This document shows positions 13,179 through 26,221 of a DNA stretch of 64,000 nt, piece after piece. The notes beneath the pieces are model-generated. The model saw nothing but the letters and a program-made list of their open reading frames with translations. It had not been told where the DNA came from and did no database searches. Origin of the DNA: Eledone cirrhosa (taxonomy: Eukaryota). Every line of letters begins with the position of its first letter. Position 1 is the stretch's first letter. Position numbers and translations under genes: made by a program. The stretch is taken from positions 205,158,001-205,222,000 of the forward strand of contig OZ024741.1 in NCBI GenBank assembly GCA_964016885.1, in the 5' to 3' direction.

Positions 13179-14215
13179 GAGTTCCAATCAATGAAAAGGT
13201 ACTGGAGAAGTTTCATTGTTTCTGTATGGTCCTGGTTCTTCCAGCTGTCTGCAGTGTAACAGTGAGGGGAAGGTTTAGCTTTGATGTGTTATGAGGCAGT
13301 GCAGTGTATAGCAAGAGAAAGTTTAACTCTGTTTAAGATCAAATTTTTTATAATGTTTTATGGTATTGATGGACATTAGAGCAGAGGTTCACAGCTAGCT
13401 GTACAGAAGTTGTATCAGTGGCAGTCAGTTCTCACCCAAATATATTTATATTATGGGAAATAAACAATACACAGATGGTGTTGACAGACAGTCAAAACAC
13501 ATCAGATATGATACCTTTTTTTTTTCTGCACCAAATATTCCAACATGCAGAAGGTGTTAGATAACCCCCCCCCCCCCCCCCCCCCAAACTGTCAGAAATG
13601 TTTGTGATGATTAATCTCATCTCTCACCAGGTCAGAACGTAGCCAATTCTTGTGTGTGTGTGTGAGAGTGAGACTGAGAGAGAGCATGGGAGTGAGAAGG
13701 AGAGCAGAGCAGAGAGAGAGAGAGAAAGAGAGAGAGAGTCCAACACATGAAACTGTATTAACAAAACATTCTTGAAAAGTACAAAACAGCACTATGACTA
13801 TCTCATTAAAAGTTAGGGTTAGTTTTTACTAATACTAATATCTCATGGTCTGTTCAATATCTAAAGACACCATAAACATTTGAATTAACAAACTCAGTTT
13901 TAGATAATTTCTGCTAAATCATTATAGGATATCAGATGGCAGAATTGGAAGTGCCTGGTCTACTGGTATTAAGTTATAGCTCAGTCTTGAGTTTAAATAC
14001 TTATGGGATCGTCTTTGCTTTTCATCCTTACAAGGTTCTTGTTTAGCCCCAGGTAAAGTTTGATAGGGCATATATATATATATATAATAGACAAAACGCC
14101 AGCATCAACAGTTTCTCAAGAGATGGCAACATGAATGGACCTGTTATTTTTCTCTAAAAAAATGTTTCCGATTCTGCCCTACCCGTCCCTTCGATCTTTC
14201 TAATTTCTCAATCTT

Positions 14216-14251
14216 TCTTCTGATGAAGGACTACCGTCTGAAACGTTAAGA
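14216..14251 (+). ncRNA. Minimal type I hammerhead ribozyme of the Penelope-associated type
   Basis: TCTT-CTGATGA-A-GGAC TACC GTCT-GAA-ACGT(palindromic stem III)-T-AAGA, inside a ~250-bp segment bounded by TA microsatellites. Confidence 0.7.
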
Positions 14252-14371
14252 CCCTCTTCCTGCTATTTCAAATGTTAAACTAATATATTCCTTCCATATA
14301 CTGTACCGTTTGTGTTATTTCTGTTAACCTTTTATATACATACACACACATATATATATATATATATATAT

Positions 14372-17300
14372 GACGAGAATGCGAGCATAAAGACAAATAC
14401 ACCTCATACACCTCGTGGACGAGAATGCGAGCATTCCTCTTTGTTTCGGCCGCGGATGGCTAACATAACCCTATCTCCCCCCCGCTCCCCACCGCTCCCA
14501 CCCTCCAAACGCAATCCAAAACTTCAGAGTTGGTACCTTGAATGTAGGCACCTTAAAGGGTCGCTCTAACGAGGTTGTAGAAATGCTTGAACGTAAGGAG
14601 GTCGATGTTTGTTGTATTCAAGAGACCAGGTGGAGGCGTGGGTCTGCTAGATTCATTGTGGGTAGAAAACGATGCTATAAGCTTTTCTGGGTGGGAAATG
14701 ACAATGGGCTGGGTGGGGTAGGAATCATGGTAGCAGAAAAGTGGGCAGATAAGATAATAGACGTAAATAGAGTGAACGACAGAATAATTAAAATAAGACT
14801 TGTCCTCAGTAGAACGACGGTGACAGTAATATCTGCGTACGCACCCCAATCCGGACTGCCCAGCACTATAAAAGACAGATTCTATGAGACAGTGATGCTC
14901 ACTACCTCCCAAATAACCGACAGTGACTATATAATTATTGCAGGCGACCTAAATGGTCACGTTGGACAACATTGTGACGGCTACGACGAAATCCATGGAG
15001 GCTATGGGTTTGGTACTAGAAATGAGGAAGGCTCCAGAATCTTGGAATTCTGTGACGCAAATAACCTAACTATCTGTAACACTAACTTCAAAAAACGTGA
15101 CAATCACCTGATCACCTATAGATCGGGGGAACACACAAGCCAGGTAGATTATATCCTTACCAGAAGACGTGACAGAGTGTCTGTTGTAAACACTAAATCC
15201 CTCCCCCATGAAGAATGCACCTCCCAACATAGACTGATAATTAGCGACCTAATAGTCAGGACGAGACGTACTAGACAACAGAAGAGGACTATCCTCAGGA
15301 GAAAAATATGGAAGCTAAAGGACCCCACAGCCAGAAATAAATTTCAAAGCATATTACTTGATGCTTTCGACAGTAAGGAAGAGCAATTAGAGTCGTACAA
15401 GGTAGAGGAACAGTGGGAATTCCTGAAAGCAAACCTGCTGATGGCGGCAGACGAAGTCTGTGGCTGGAGCAGGCCTGTAGGCAGGAGGAGAGTAACATGG
15501 TGGTGGAACAGTAAGGTGGAGGGGTCAATTAAGGCCAAAAAGCAGGCTTGGAAAGTATGGCGGGATGGGGGAAGCAGAGAAGACTATCAAGTGGCCAGGA
15601 GGGAAGCTAGGGGACAAGTGTACTTCGCAAGAAGGGAAGCAGAGGAAAGAAAGTTCAAGCATGTTCTACAACGCGAGGACCAAAAACGTGAGGTGTTCAG
15701 GATTGCTAGGCAATGTGTCAAGGAAAACCGTGATATTGTCGGGGAGAAGTGTGTACTTAATGATGACGGCATACTTGCCATCACCGACGCTGAAGGTAGC
15801 TTGGAAGTGTCACTATGAAAGGCTACTAAATGAGGAGAATAAATGGGAGAAAGACAGTCTCCCCCACATCGACCCAATAGAGGGACCAGCAGTGTTAGTC
15901 GAGGGTAGTATAATAAGTAAGGCAATCAAAGATATGAAGACGAGTAAGGCGGCTGGGCCTTCGGAAATAGTTGCCGAGATGCTGAAGGCATCTGGTACGG
16001 TGGGACACACCATGGTCACCCGGATAGTCAACCAAGTCATACAGAATGGGGTTGTTCCGAAGGACTGGCGTAGCAGCATCATCGTTAACTGTTATAAGGG
16101 TAAAGGAGATGCCCTAGATAGGAGTAACTATAGAGGCATTAAATTAATCGACCAGGTCATGAAGGTCACGGAAAAAGTAATAGCGCAACTAATCAGAGAG
16201 AGAATTGATCTAGATGAAATGCAGTTCGGGTTTGTGTCAGGCAAAAGTACCACAGACGCTCTTTTCATTGTACGACAACTACAGGAGAAGTACCTAGCTA
16301 AAAGTAAACCCCTATACTTAGCTTTCGTCGACTTGGAGAAAGCCTTCGACAGAGTCCCCCGGTTCCATTATCTGGTGGGCTCTTAGAAAACTAGGTGTTG
16401 ATGAATGGCTTGTGAGAGCTATACAAGCCATGTATAAAGAAACAGTCAGCAAGGTTAGAATTAACAACGAATATAGTGAAGAGTTTAGCGTAAAAGTTGG
16501 TGTTCATCAGGGCTCTGTTCTTAGCCCCCTACTATTTATTATTGCCCTCCAGGCTATAACAGTGGAGTTCAAGACCGGCTGCCCATGGGAACTCCTATAC
16601 GCAGATGATCTAACGCTCATAGCTGAATCAATGGCCGAGCTAGAGAAGAAATTCCAAACATGGAAGCACGGCCTAGAATCAAAAGGCCTTAAAATTAACC
16701 TGGCTAAGACTAAAGTTCTAGTTTGTAAGAAAGAAAATAAGGCGGCGGTCCCCTCCGGGAAGTGGCCATGCTCAGTGTGTAGGAAAGGCGTAGGTAGAAA
16801 CTCCATTTTGTGTCCCAAATGCAAAGTATGGGTGCATAAAAGATGTAGTGGGATCACAGGTAAGCTAACTAAGAACATAGATTTTACATGTGGCCGGTGC
16901 TCTGGGGCAATAAGTAGCAGCATGTGCCCAAAAAATACTAGCTCTTTCAACTGCGCAGAGGGTTCTATAGAAATAGTGGACAGCTTCCGTTACCTGGGTG
17001 ACAAAATCAGCAGTGGGGGAGGGTGCTCTGAAAGTACAGTAGCTAGAGTCAGAACTGGATGGAAAAAGTTCAGAGAGCTTATACCGCTATTAGCCGCTAA
17101 AGGGTTCTCCCTAAAAATGAAAGGCAGGTTGTACGATGCCTGCATACGAACAGCAATGTTGCATGGCAGTGAGACCTGGGCATTGTGTGCAGAGGATATA
17201 CGCAGACTAGAGAGAAACGAAGCTTGCATGCTCTGCTGGATGTGTAATAGTAATATACGTGAACGGCAAAGCATAAACGAACTAAGGAAAAAATTAGAAA

Positions 17301-17948
17301 TAAGAGGGATCAGATGTTGTTTACTCGAGAGAAGGCTATGTTGGTATGGTCATGTGATGCGCATGAAGGACGATAGCTGTATAACAAAGTGCAGGGCAAT
17401 AAAGATAGACGGTAGCCACGGAATAGGCAGACCCAGAAAAACCTGGGACGAGCTGATAAATTCCGACCTCACACACTTACACCTCTCCAAGACAATGTCA
17501 CTGGACCGAGACCTTTGGCGGTACTCAGTAATAGAGAAGACCCGCCTTACCTAAATACAAAGTAAAACCTACTACAGTCAGTAGGCATCTCTAACAAAAT
17601 ACACCCCCGTCCCACCACCGCCACCCCACCCACACCGCCCCTTTCAATGTAAAGTTATGTTGGTGCCACAACATCCAGGCCGAAACAAATGAGATCGTGT
17701 AGGTGTCACGTCAAAAAAACACACAGTTCACGCTGTAATGTGGCCGTGTAGGCAACACGGTAAAAACCTCCCAGCCCCACACTGTAAATGTGGTTGGTGT
17801 TAGGAAGGGCATCCAGCTGTAGAAAACCCGCCAGATAGTCCTATGCGAGCAAGATAACCACTCTTGCCTCAAGTGGGAAAACCCCCGTCCAAACCCATGC
17901 AAGCGTGGAACACGGACGTTAAACGATGATGATGATGATGATGATGAT
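14372..17948 (+). mobile_element. Near-full-length RTE-clade LINE (APE endonuclease + RT with inserted PHD finger), (GAT)n tail
   Basis: Single ORF2-type polyprotein in three frames, ~390-bp 3' UTR, tail (GAT)8 at 17925-17948; the 5' boundary is approximate. Confidence 0.95.
14538..17554 (+). pseudogene. RTE ORF (APE-RT-PHD) broken by two frameshifts (~15795 and ~16362)
   Basis: APE motifs NVGTL, IQETRW, SAYAPQ, GDLNGHVG, VDYIL, SQHRL; RT motifs NYRGIKL, QFGF, FVDLEKAFDRV, VHQGSVLSPLLF, YADD, FRYLG; no internal stops within the three segments. Confidence 0.93.
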
Positions 17949-18299
17949 TTTAGCTGTGACCATCTAGTTCTTTTAAATAAAGAAAAGACACATTAAATGT
18001 GTCTTTTCTTTATCTAAGATGTAATTTGAGGCAAATTTGACTGCTATTTCTATTAGAATGAGCAACAACATAATAATAACAATAATAATAATTGTTTCTA
18101 ATAATAATTTCTAATAATAATTGTTTCTAATAATAACAATAATAATAATGTTTTCTGATTTAGGTACAAGCCCAACAATTTTAGGGGAGGGGGAAAGTCA
18201 ATTAAATTGATCACAGTATATTACTGTACTTTATTTTATTGACCTCGAAAGGTACTGAAAGATATTAGAACAGAAACATATGATACAAATAAACTTATT

Positions 18300-20766
18300 G
18301 GTGTTACAGTTGTGTTTGTTGCAAGGAAAATAGAATTTCTAAATCTATTGAATGGGAAAAAAGGGAAGGAAGGTGGAAGAGAAGAATTAGAGAATCAATT
18401 AATGAATTAAGAAGGTATATTACCATCTTGGAACATAAAAAGCAAAGGGAAATAAAGAAGAAGAATAAACATCTTGAAATAGAAAAGAAGTATAATATAT
18501 AGAAGAAAAGTATAAATGTCATTAATGAGGAGTTGAAACAAAGGATGCAGGCCAAAGCATCCAATCTGAGAATATTTGAACAAAGAACACAACAATACAG
18601 AGTCAATAGAATGTTCCAGTATGATCAGAAAAGAGTGTACCCAGACCTCGACGGTAAAGGTAAGAAAGAAAGAGTGACACTGGCTGCAGAATAAAGCAAA
18701 AGGTTTTGGTCAAACATCTAGGATAATTAGGTAGAGCCTAATAAGAAAGCTGAATGGTTGAAGAAGTGAGGGAGAATAAAAAAACTGTGAAGAAAAGTGG
18801 TATTGAAATAACAACAGGAATGGTATACATGCAAGCAAAAGAAAATTTTCCAATGGGGTCCAGGGCTTTTGGTTGAAGAAGTTGACATTTTTACATGAGC
18901 TAATCACAGCTCAAATGAAAGACATTAAACAACGGTGCAGATATACCTATATGGATAACAACAGGTAAGACTGTACTGTCAGAAGGACTCTGCTAAAGGC
19001 AATGTAGTAGATCATTTTAGACCCATATCTTGCTTGCCACTGATGGGGAAACTTATGACTGGAATCATCCTCGGGGAGAATGAAATTCTACCAGAAGAGC
19101 AAAAAAGGTGCAAAAAGAACAGTAAGGGTACACAAGATCAACTTCTGATTAATAAAACAATCCTTGCAGAATGTAAAAAGCAACACAAGAACTTAGCCAT
19201 GGTCCTCAACAGCTGGATATTAGAGTGTCTTAAATTTACTCAAGTGCCAGATAATGTAATTAGGTTTGTAGAAAGATCGATGGCCAGCTGGAAAACAGAG
19301 TTAATTTCCTGTGGGGGAATAGTTAGGCTCTGCTAACATTCAAAGGGGTTTATTTCAGGCAGATTGTTTATCACCACTCTTATTTGTCACCTGCATGATC
19401 CCTCTGACTCAAGCACTTAGAAAAGTGAAAATATTATAGAATATGTGCTAGATGGTGTTAAGATCAACCGACTGTTATTCATGGGTGATTTAAAGTTATT
19501 TGCAAAAAATGAGGACAAAACTGACAGCTTAATATCAACTGTAAATCTGGTTAGTTAGGATGTTTGGGATAAAAGAATGCAGTGTTGTAACCTGAAACAT
19601 GGACAACTAACAAAGAGTAGAAGGATTGAACTTGCAAATGGCCAGATTATTAAAGAAGTAGGAGAGGAAGGATACAAGTATTTGGAAGTCTTTGAGATGG
19701 ATAAGATCAAAGAGAAAGAAATTAAGGAGATATTCAAAAAGAATACCTTCATCCAAAGAGTGATGTTGTAAGACTTTATGTTGGAAGAAAAAAAGGAGAT
19801 AGAGGACTAATAATTGGTGAAAATTGTGTCAAAAACAAAGAAAACAACCTAGCTTGGTACCTTAAAAATGTAAGGGGTAACATCATGTCAAAAGTAAGAG
19901 ACCTCGACACACTGAAATCTGCTGATACAGTAGCACCTAAATAATGCAAGAGAGTGAAAAAAGAACTAGAGATAGAGTAGGCATTGATTGGGAATAGAGT
20001 TGGTCGTGACTTAAAAATGGCAATCTGAAAGGATGCACTGCATCTCTGGTGAGCAGCGCCCAGAAGCAAGCTCTTCAAACTAACTGCATTAAACATCATG
20101 ATGACAAAATGAAAGAATCACCATTATGTAGAATGTGTGGAACAAAAAGAAATGGTCAGCCATATTGCAAGTGAATGTATTAAGTTGACACAATGAGAGT
20201 ACAAAAGACATAACATTGCCAGATATATTCATTGATTGTTATCTGAGAAATGTGGATTTGTCAGAGCTAAATGATATGAGCAGAGACCAGAAGCTTTTGT
20301 GGGACTTCCCCATTCAATGTGATAGAATGATTGAAGCAAGAGGACCAGACATTTTGGTTGTGAACAAAAAGAAAAAAGAGGCCCAAATTGTCGATATCTC
20401 TATCCCAGAAGGATAAAGAGCATGAAAAGATGGAGAAGTATGATCCACTGAAGGAGGTGGTTGGAAAGTTGTGGGGGATGAAGAAAGTTTTAGTGATTCC
20501 AGTGGTTATTGGAGAACGGGGATGCATATCAGACAGTTTTAAGGAATCTGAATAGAATCAGAATTGATGCAAGGTTACAGGTCATGCAGAAAACAGCATT
20601 TTTTGGTACAGCAAGGATTTTAAGGAAAATCTTGTCTATGTAAGGCACAGGAGAGGATGTAGTAAGGGACTTTTGACAACATGTTGACTGCTCCCTAACT
20701 GAAATATCTAGATTATTTAACATCTAAGTGTCTGAGATATACAAAAATGAACCATAATAATAATAA
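18300..20766 (+). mobile_element. Decayed Dong/R4-clade LINE (RT + restriction-like endonuclease)
   Basis: FRPISCLPLMGKL, LPEEQK, DQLLINK, GLFQ.D.LSPLLF, LLFMGDLKLF, CRMC zinc knuckle, LWDFPIQCDRMIEARGPDILVV, GTARILRKIL; ends in a TAA repeat. Confidence 0.88.
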
Positions 20767-21595
20767 GTAAATAAAAATAAAATTTTAAACAGCATTAAAT
20801 TCTCATTCCTCGTTTTTATATTCTCTTATTATATTTTGTTATATTAACATATTTAAATTTTATATTATATTTTTTTTCAGTTTTTTTTCCATCTACTCCT
20901 CTCCAATATTATATAAGGATATATTCTGAACCAATTTCCTGCAGGTTGGCCTTTACTACTATTAACACAGAACTATCAGCCAATACTGGTTATAACTATA
21001 GCAGTCTATTAGTATCCGGCTGACCTTTTTATCAATTACTTTATCTACATATCTCATTGATCATACTTCCTAGACATCAAGGCTCTTATACAAACTGTAC
21101 AAGATTTTGAAGAAGAGAAGGACACTCACTATGCTAGCTTGTCAATTGTTTGCATTATCTATTAAACCGAAGGAGAAATTAGAGAATGGAAGGGTGAAGA
21201 GGAGAAAAATATTATAACTAACCTTTGCATTTCATTAGCATACAAGTACATACATTTATGTGCTTATTTTCTTATTTCTTCTTTTGCATGTGGCTAATAT
21301 TGTGGTTGACAAAAGCTGTTGCAGACTAGTTTTGCAACATCAATCTATTTCAATTCTTGAACAGTTAAAAGCTACTTCCTTCATTAAGTAATAAGTGCCT
21401 TTGCCATGAACAAAATGTGTTCAAAACAGATAAAAAGTATGGTAGCTCAATGCCCCATAGAAGACAAACTATTAAACCTATGTATGGTAGTTGAACACCC
21501 CACAGAATTCATTTATTTTAAAATGTTTATATTCACCCAAAAACCTTCGATCTGTAAAACCCTTCAAACTATGCTGCAATTAGTAGTTTAATGAT

Positions 21596-21787
21596 GGCGG
21601 TGGATTGGGAGTATCGGTAGATGGTCGGACGCCATGCTTTGCAGCATAGACTTATGGCCCTTTATGGTCTGAGTTAAAATCCTGCTGAGGTTAATTTTGC
21701 CTTTTATCCTTACGGGGTCAACAAAATAAAGCACCAGTAATGCACTGGGATAATTGCTGGCCTTGTGCCAAAAGTAGAAACAATAAT
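21596..21787 (+). mobile_element. tRNA-derived SINE, family 1 (full length)
   Basis: A-box-like TGGGAGTATCGG, B-box-like GAGTTAAAATCC, central TTTGCCTTTCATCCTTACGGGGTCGATAAAAT-type domain, tail GAAACAAT; multiple copies in the window. Confidence 0.85.
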
Positions 21788-22951
21788 GAGAAACTTGGTT
21801 ATTTGAGTAGACCCTTTTAAATTCCTGATTATTTAAAACATTAATTGAAAATCATAGGCAATGTTTTTTTTCATTAGAAATATGGTAATGAAAGGGTCAA
21901 GTTGGTGTTTGAAACATAACTTGAAATTTTCTAAGATAAAATTATGGAAAGTTTAAATTTAAATATAAACACTTTAAAACAAATGATTTTGTACCATGGA
22001 ACCAGGAGTGGTTTCAGGTTGTTTGGTATCATAAAGGTTAATAATAGAGGTCTAAGAAGGATTAATGGTAGGTGTTATCATTGAAGGTTTCAATTTTTTG
22101 TAGTGCAAAAAAACCCCCCAAAACACCAACATATTGATATTTGGAACGTTTTTGGTCATATGACTGATCCTCAATAGAACTGACCTGGAGTTAAACAACA
22201 ACAATAGAAACAACCTACATATGTTCCTGACATATATATAAATCCATAATTACCAATATAGAAAACTACTAAAAGTATAGAAATATATCTAATCCAGACA
22301 CTGTATAATTAATTAGCTCTCAATCATAAAACATCAGAGAAATAACTTATCAATAGATTGTGTATGTCTCTCTCCTCTCGATACTTCTATTTCTGTTTTG
22401 CTTCTTTTTCCTTTTCTTTTCTTTACATGACCCCTCCCCCCATCAAATATGAAATTTGATTTTCATAAACAAGCCAAACATTCCAATTTGGTGAGTACTC
22501 TTAAAAACTAAACAATATAAATCTAGAAAAATCATTATCATGTTTCAATGTTTATTCACTTTCTCAATAGATAGAATCTACAGCGCGTGTGTGCACCAGT
22601 CTGTATGTGAGCGTGTATATATATATGTCTCTGTGTATAGATATATACACACAGTCTTCTAAACAGTTTCTGTTTACCCAATTTTACTCGCATGGGTTGA
22701 CCTGAGGATGTGGTAAATGACAATTGCCCAATATGCCATGCAATGATTGTGAAGTGAACTTCTAAACAATTCAGCCATGCTGCTTCATTGCTGACATAAA
22801 ACTTTAGCTCATGTTAACCTGTGTAAAAGGCAGGCTTTATGGGGTCACTCATTCTGTTAGTAATAGCATGCAAATGTATTTCAAATCATATTCTACATCA
22901 TAAAGGAAGAACACTGTATATAATGTAGTCCTGATGATACTATGCTTTAAC

Positions 22952-23233
22952 CAGAGGCATAACTAGGGAAAATAGCACCTATGACAAGCAGTGAAATTGT
23001 GCCCCTGCCCAGCACTGTATTTTTACTTATGGGCCTAATAATCTATATAGATAGTTTAATGATCCAGCCACCATAGTGTTCTCATCCATGATAACCAGAG
23101 ACAGATCATACATCTGAAGGAGTTTCTTTTTTCACTCTCCGATGAGGCTTATTTGACTTTAATAGAATGTGCTCCTAGTCCAAGTGGCGCCCATGGTATG
23201 TGCCATGCTTGTCATACCCTAGTTACGCCTTTG
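22952..23233. mobile_element. hAT-type MITE
   Basis: TIRs CAGAGGCATAACTAGGG / CCCTAGTTACGCCTTTG; degenerate 8-bp TSD GCTTTAAC vs GCATTGAC. Confidence 0.75.
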
Positions 23234-24294
23234 GCATTGACTCTTAACATCCTATAATGATTTAGCAGAAAATATCTAAAAACTTAGTTAACTTGGAGTT
23301 AAACAACAGTTGACAGTCACAAATCATAAATTAACTATACAATCCTAAATAATCAATATCATAGTATATTGTGGCATAGGATTGAGCACAAAATTATTTT
23401 CCCCAAAGGTTTAGGAACAATATAAATTAGAAACCATGTAGTCAAAACTGTCTCCATAAATTCTCAATTGGTTAAATTTTACTCCCAAAATATCAATGAT
23501 GTAAATATATGTATTGCACAGCAAAAGTTATATTACACATATTCATATATAATTGCCATATAATTGGATGGCTTTAAAACATGAAAAGTAGGGCATACAT
23601 GATACTTATGTGATAAGTAGGAATAGTTTAAGTAGGTGACCTGATATATCTGTAATGAGAGATCACAAAGCACAAATAAATAGTTACTGTATGTCTACTT
23701 AAAGGATGGGTGAAATATATATATATATAAGTTGATGGAAGCTATGGAGTAGGAAGACTTGGCATGAGGTGATAAAAGATGACCTCATACAATTGCACCT
23801 CTCACAGGTGACACATTCATCTGATCTGGCTTGTGTCACAATGGGACAACTTGTCTAATCCATGCTAGCGTGGAAAATGGACATTAAATGGTGATGTGAA
23901 AAGTCTCTAAGGGTATTAGAAACAAATGCATAAAATGTAGAAAACAACAACAAATGTTTTAAGGGCCCCATGGCAAGCTTCTCAAATTCCCCCTAACATC
24001 TGCATACCCACTTTCATTTCCTCCTCCATCATCTTTATCCATAACTTTCTTAGCCTTTTCCTTTCCTCCACTTCCTTCCACTTTCATTTCCATCACTCTT
24101 CTCACGCAATCATTTTCATCCTTCCTTAACACATGACCCAGCTATCTCTCTTCAAAACATTAATCACTGGAAATATCCACAATGCTTTCTCTTGTTAGTT
24201 GAACCTCAACCAAAGGGTTATCCCCAAGAGCAACTTTTGACAACGTACTTGAACTCAACTCAACTTGGTGTATTTACATATGTAAATATATTTA

Positions 24295-24534
24295 TTAACT
24301 TTTTCATTACCACATTTTCATTACTACGATTTTCAAATAATTTGAAAATAAGAATTTAAAGGGATTAATAATATAACTGACTTTCTTGTTATTAAGTTGG
24401 TGTTCGGGACTTGACAATAAAATTCATGCAAGCATGGAAAAATGAATGTAAGATGATGATAAACACTTTAAAATAAACAGTTCTGTATCATAAACCAGGG
24501 AAAGTTTCAAGCAGTTTAGTATCAAAAGAGTTAA
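24295..24534. mobile_element. TTAA-flanked MITE, family B
   Basis: TTAA-CTTTTTCATTACC ... AGTATCAAAAGAG-TTAA; related copies at 45921-46155 and near 39.5-39.8, 47.1, 50.3, 57.75 and 59.1 kb. Confidence 0.6.
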
Positions 24535-24672
24535 TCTATTTTGAGGTAGGTTCTGAGAATTGTAGCCACTACCAACTTTATGGGAGGGAATGAAGAAGGA
24601 AGAGATTTATTTTTCTAAGTATATTATTGAAAGGCTAAGTGAGCTATATCAGGGAATATGTGTGTGTGTGTG

Positions 24673-24787
<115 letters not shown>

Positions 24788-26036
24788 TATGCGTATAAAC
24801 ATTAATGCAAGATGGCATAAGCAATAAAGTTGGTAAAGTAAAAAACTAAAGTATCTGTGACCCCCATTCCCATTCCTTGACTGATTGCTAGATGAATAGT
24901 GAGATATGTTTTTCTCCTTATTCCTGTTAGTGTAAATCCTTGTTTAATACATGCATAGAGTATTGTGGAAACTACCTAATATGATAGCTTCAGCATGACA
25001 AAGTTCATTGTTCACTCTCATACCAGTAATTGGAGCATGTTGGTTGTTGCTTGATTGAGAAGGCTGGCATATGATTTTGAAGGGTGTGTTTGTATTTAAT
25101 TTAGGGCTGGTGCAGTCTAGTTTAGTGGGTAGGGTTGATTGTAAGATTATGATTTGCTTGAATTCATGAATAGCATGGGTTTGGTTTAGATTTGTTTGTT
25201 TTAGTTAAGGAAATTACGATCTTAGATATAAACATCACATGGGCCATGGTGTGCTTATGAAGATGAGCTGGTGAAGGTTGATCAAAGAACCATCAATACC
25301 TCTTATTACTGCTGTTATTGATTAGCCCCTGAAAAACCCTTATTCAATAGATCAAAGTCATGACCATCCTGTCTTTTTTCTTGGAAAGACTACACTATCC
25401 AATATCTTGCTTTTTTTAAAAAGATGGTAGAGTATGATTTTTGAGAGATTTGACTGCTATTTCTAACAGATTGAGCGACAATGTGTAGCTATCAGAAATA
25501 CCATCTGATAGCTCTTGAAAGGCAGGTGTCATGTGTGAGACTACTAGGAAATAAGGCTGAATTCTCAGGTGTTACTCATCAGATAGAGTTCCTTTCATAT
25601 ATGGCATCAGAAAAAGAAATATATATCTAGAAAATAAGTGATACATACATATGAGTTACTCAAACATAATAGATCCAATATATCAATGCTACACTATAAA
25701 TATGTAAAGAATTTCAAAGATTCTCCTATAGGTTATACAGGAGGGACAAATACACACCCTAACATACATTAGTTACATACACAAAGAAATAACTTGTGAT
25801 GCCCAAACAATGCTTTGTTAATAATAAACAAAGCAATGGGAAAATTTGAGATGTGTGCACACTAATGCAAATGACCATAATAATAGTTGACTACTAAAAA
25901 TAATAGTCGAGATGGAAAACAGTGCACAGAGGTGCCTCCAGAGTTACTCTATTTGATTTTCTCAACTATTATTTATGGTGATTGACTATTATTATGGACA
26001 TTTGCAAAGTGATTAATTTGTAGATATTGTTAAAAT

Positions 26037-26221
26037 AATTGTTTCTACTTTAGGCACAAGGCCAGCAATTACCCAGTGCATTACTGGTACTTTTATTTTA
26101 TCGACCCCGTAAGAATGAAAGGCAAAGTCAACCTCGGCGGGATTTGAACTCAGATCGTAAAGGGACATAACTATGCTCGAACCCGAACCCGAATCCGTCC
26201 GACTCTCTACCGGTACTGCCA
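26037..26221 (-). mobile_element. SINE family 1 copy
   Basis: Reverse complement of the family consensus; carries a local CGAACC-repeat substitution near 26178-26197. Confidence 0.85.

Noticed and set aside
14553-17274. Minus-strand ORFs over the RTE
   Set aside because: Antisense shadows of the plus-strand LINE ORF
25488-25595. Hairpin AGCTATCAGA/TCTGATAGCT before GAAA, and a minus-strand CTGATGA near 25577
   Set aside because: The two core halves are on opposite strands and neither completes a hammerhead; at most decayed remnants
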